Assembly: GCA_043776275.1 (NCBI GenBank)
Contig: JAYVRN010000521.1
Location: 1-16,685, forward strand
Source of the DNA: Myxococcales bacterium
Lineage (GTDB): Bacteria > Myxococcota_A > Polyangia > Haliangiales > Haliangiaceae
Reading direction: 5' to 3'
Length of the DNA: 16,685 nucleotides
This document shows positions 15,022 through 16,685 of this stretch, piece by piece. Below the pieces are notes generated by a model. It had not been told where the DNA came from. It saw only the letters and a list, made by a program, of their open reading frames with translations, and ran no database searches. Every line of letters starts with the position of its first letter. Within the stretch, counting starts at the first letter, position 1. The position numbers and the translations under genes are program-made.

Positions 15022-15387
15022 TCAGCGGTTCGTGACGTGGAGCGGGATCCGCGTCATCAGCCGATCGGCGAGCCGCAGCTCGAACCAGTACGTCCCGTCC
15101 TGCACGGAGCCGATCGAGATCGGCACCAGCACGCGGCCGGCGACATCGCGCGCCGACGGCAGCTCCACCGTCGCCGCCACCAGGCCGACCTGGTCATTGC
15201 TGGGCGACAGCGCGGTCAACCGCAGATCGAGTGCGCCGTCATGATCATCGCGGACCACACCGAGCATGAGCGAGATGTCGAGCTCCGTGCCCGTGACCAC
15301 GTCCACGCTGTCGATCACCGCGAGCTGATCATCGCCGCCTCTGCAGAACACTGCGGTGGTGAGCCACGGGCCCCGCGCCACGCTCAC
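15022..15387 (-). CDS. Hypothetical protein (121 aa), translationally coupled to the upstream hypothetical gene
   Basis: Its GTG start overlaps the stop of the 338-aa gene (GTGA). GC3 bias is strong throughout. There is no signal peptide. Composition suggests a beta-rich fold. Confidence 0.5.
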   Translation of the reverse strand: MSVARGPWLTTAVFCRGGDDQLAVIDSVDVVTGTELDISLMLGVVRDDHDGALDLRLTALSPSNDQVGLVAATVELPSARDVAGRVLVPISIGSVQDGTYWFELRLADRLMTRIPLHVTNR

Positions 15388-16400
15388 CGCTTGCTGACAG
15401 CGCCGCTGCCATCCTTGGTGATCGAGCTCGAGCCCTTGTTATCGGTGATCTGCATGCCCTGGGTGATCGACGCGAACTTCACGCCGGCACCACCCTCCTC
15501 GCCTTTGACGGCGTAGTGATTCGGGATGATCCACGACAGACCGCCCGGCTGGTACGGCCCCGGCCAACCACTCATGCTTGGATGATCCTCGCCGTCGAGC
15601 ACGTTGCCCTCTCCGACCGGTGTCCACCCGAGGGTCGGGGAGTGACCGAGATCGGACTTCTTCGCGAAGTATCCCCACACGCCCGTCGCGGGGCCTGGGA
15701 TCTCCTTGATCACCACGCGCTGGAACGACACCGTCTTCGGGCTCAGGTCCATCGACATGTACATGCCGACGCCTTGGTCGCTGCCACCGAAAGCCTCGTC
15801 GTAGTTCTTCTTGTACTTGATGCCGGCCGGCGCGATCACGGCGAACGTCATCGTGGTGGTCTGCTTGTCGACCTTGAGCGTGACCGTCACCGAGCCCGGC
15901 GTGCTCGGCGCCGTCCACTGGAAGCTGTCGCCCTCGTAGGTCGCGGGCGTGCCCTTGGACAGCGTCCAGGTCCCGGCCTCGGAGCCCTTGAGCTTGACCT
16001 CCTCGCCGACGCCGAGGACCGTGCGCGCGGTGGGCAGCCCCGTGGCCTGGGTCTCCGACGTGATCTTGAGCGGGCTCTTCTTGTCGGCGGCGGGCTTGCC
16101 CGATGCCGCGGGCGCCGCCGCGGGAGCCGCCGCGCCGCCAGCGCCCGGCTGGATGTCACCGGTAAGGCGACCGTTGCCGCTGCTGCCGAGCTCGAGCCGC
16201 GGCAGGCCGCTCGTGGCCACGCCGCCGGTGTGCGCTCCAGTGACGCTCCCGTTGCCGTGCCCGACCGCTGTCGGCGTGGCCTCCGCACCGTAGGACTGCG
16301 TCAGCGAGCTCTTGCCCGCACTCGCACTGGCATCCCGGTTCGCGTGTTGCGCATCTTCCGCCGCCGCACTACTCCCGCCCGCCTTCTTTGCTTCACGCAC
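15384..16400 (-). CDS. Hypothetical protein (338 aa) with a disordered Gly/Ala/Ser-rich N-terminal ~110 aa and a C-terminal globular domain
   Basis: The ORF has a GTG start. GC3 bias becomes strong after the N-terminal low-complexity region. There is no signal peptide. The C-terminal portion is rich in W/Y/G (GWPGPYQPGGLSWIIPNHYAVKG). It is the first gene of a minus-strand operon that ends with Omp85. Confidence 0.6.
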   Translation of the reverse strand: MREAKKAGGSSAAAEDAQHANRDASASAGKSSLTQSYGAEATPTAVGHGNGSVTGAHTGGVATSGLPRLELGSSGNGRLTGDIQPGAGGAAAPAAAPAASGKPAADKKSPLKITSETQATGLPTARTVLGVGEEVKLKGSEAGTWTLSKGTPATYEGDSFQWTAPSTPGSVTVTLKVDKQTTTMTFAVIAPAGIKYKKNYDEAFGGSDQGVGMYMSMDLSPKTVSFQRVVIKEIPGPATGVWGYFAKKSDLGHSPTLGWTPVGEGNVLDGEDHPSMSGWPGPYQPGGLSWIIPNHYAVKGEEGGAGVKFASITQGMQITDNKGSSSITKDGSGAVSKR

Positions 16401-16533
16401 TCCCCGAAACTATCAGCCGTGGTGCGTCGACGGAAGCGTGATGTTGCCTACGCAGGCGTTGCTGCTCCCGACGGCACCGGTACGGTGAACCCATAGGATT
16501 CCTCCCCGTGCTGTGCCCGGTTTGCTGAACTTG

Positions 16534-16685
16534 TCAGGCCGCCGGAGCCACGCCGGCTCGCCCCGGCTCCACGCGACGCAGCGTGAGCACCGCGCACTCC
16601 GCGTGGGTGCCCTCGCCGAACCTGCGGGTGACGCCCGAGAACCCGACGCCGGGCGTGACGTAGAGCTGCGAGGTCGCGCCGTGAT
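16534..16685 (-). CDS. 3' end of an unidentified CDS running off the window (C-terminus ...HGATSQLYVTPGVGFSGVTRRFGEGTHAECAVLTLRRVEPGRAGVAPAA)
   Basis: The minus-strand frame is open from the window edge to a TGA (complement at 16534-16536). Codon bias is consistent with coding. The product was not recognised. Confidence 0.4.
   Translation of the reverse strand, partial: HGATSQLYVTPGVGFSGVTRRFGEGTHAECAVLTLRRVEPGRAGVAPAA

Noticed and set aside
13797-15035. A 412-aa plus-strand ORF overlapping the Omp85 gene, and similar long ORFs at 961-1746(-), 3470-4753(-), 4819-5778(-), 6231-6983(+), 7446-8363(+), 11579-12670(-) and 15516-16496(+)
   Set aside because: All are antisense to genes with clear domain signatures. 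They have Arg/Pro/Gly-dominated composition and lack GC3 periodicity. They are high-GC frame artefacts.
1-16685. CRISPR arrays, tRNA/rRNA genes, IS elements or integrases
   Set aside because: There are no regularly spaced repeats, no tRNA-like cloverleaf candidates, and no transposase or integrase-like ORFs among the translations. The window looks like ordinary chromosomal context rather than a mobile island.

Overview
This is a GC-rich (~70%) chromosomal segment with myxobacterial-style gene content and codon usage; the assignment to Myxococcales is an inference from those features. It holds about 19 protein-coding genes. I found no tRNA or rRNA genes, CRISPR arrays, IS elements or integrases. 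Every product call here is manual motif reading on the supplied translations, and no database search was run.

Gene order, left to right:
- 1-3929 (+): a TonB-dependent outer-membrane receptor (5'-truncated by the window edge, Oar/SusC-like with a CarbD-type N-domain), followed by ExbB/TolQ, ExbD/TolR and a proline-rich TonB.
- 4004-5754 (+): two translationally coupled secreted lipoproteins, the second with possible beta-propeller-like repeats.
- 8774-5785 (-): a tight four-gene operon of a Vps4/katanin-type (meiotic-clade) AAA ATPase with an N-terminal TPR/MIT-like helical domain, a ~4-TM membrane protein, a TPR protein with two C-terminal TM helices, and an 80-aa protein. All junctions overlap or are 1 nt apart.
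- 8985-11444 (+), divergent from that operon across a 210-bp intergenic region that carries a ~21-nt imperfect direct repeat: a full-length bacterial homolog of the eukaryotic major vault protein (MVP), with vault repeats, a shoulder domain and a cap-helix coiled coil.
- 11492-13766 (+), directly downstream: a membrane-anchored Hanks-type Ser/Thr kinase, a small Cys-rich lipoprotein and a glutathione S-transferase (GST).
- 16400-13767 (-): a conserved hypothetical protein with a disordered Gly/Ala-rich N-terminus, a coupled 121-aa protein, and a POTRA-less Omp85/BamA-family beta-barrel.
- 16534-16685 (-): a partial unknown CDS at the right edge.

The most interesting candidate for an undescribed system is the bacterial MVP gene, divergently paired with the Vps4-like AAA / membrane-TPR operon and followed by a eukaryotic-like kinase. 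Many long overlapping ORFs in the six-frame track are antisense GC artefacts and were not called.
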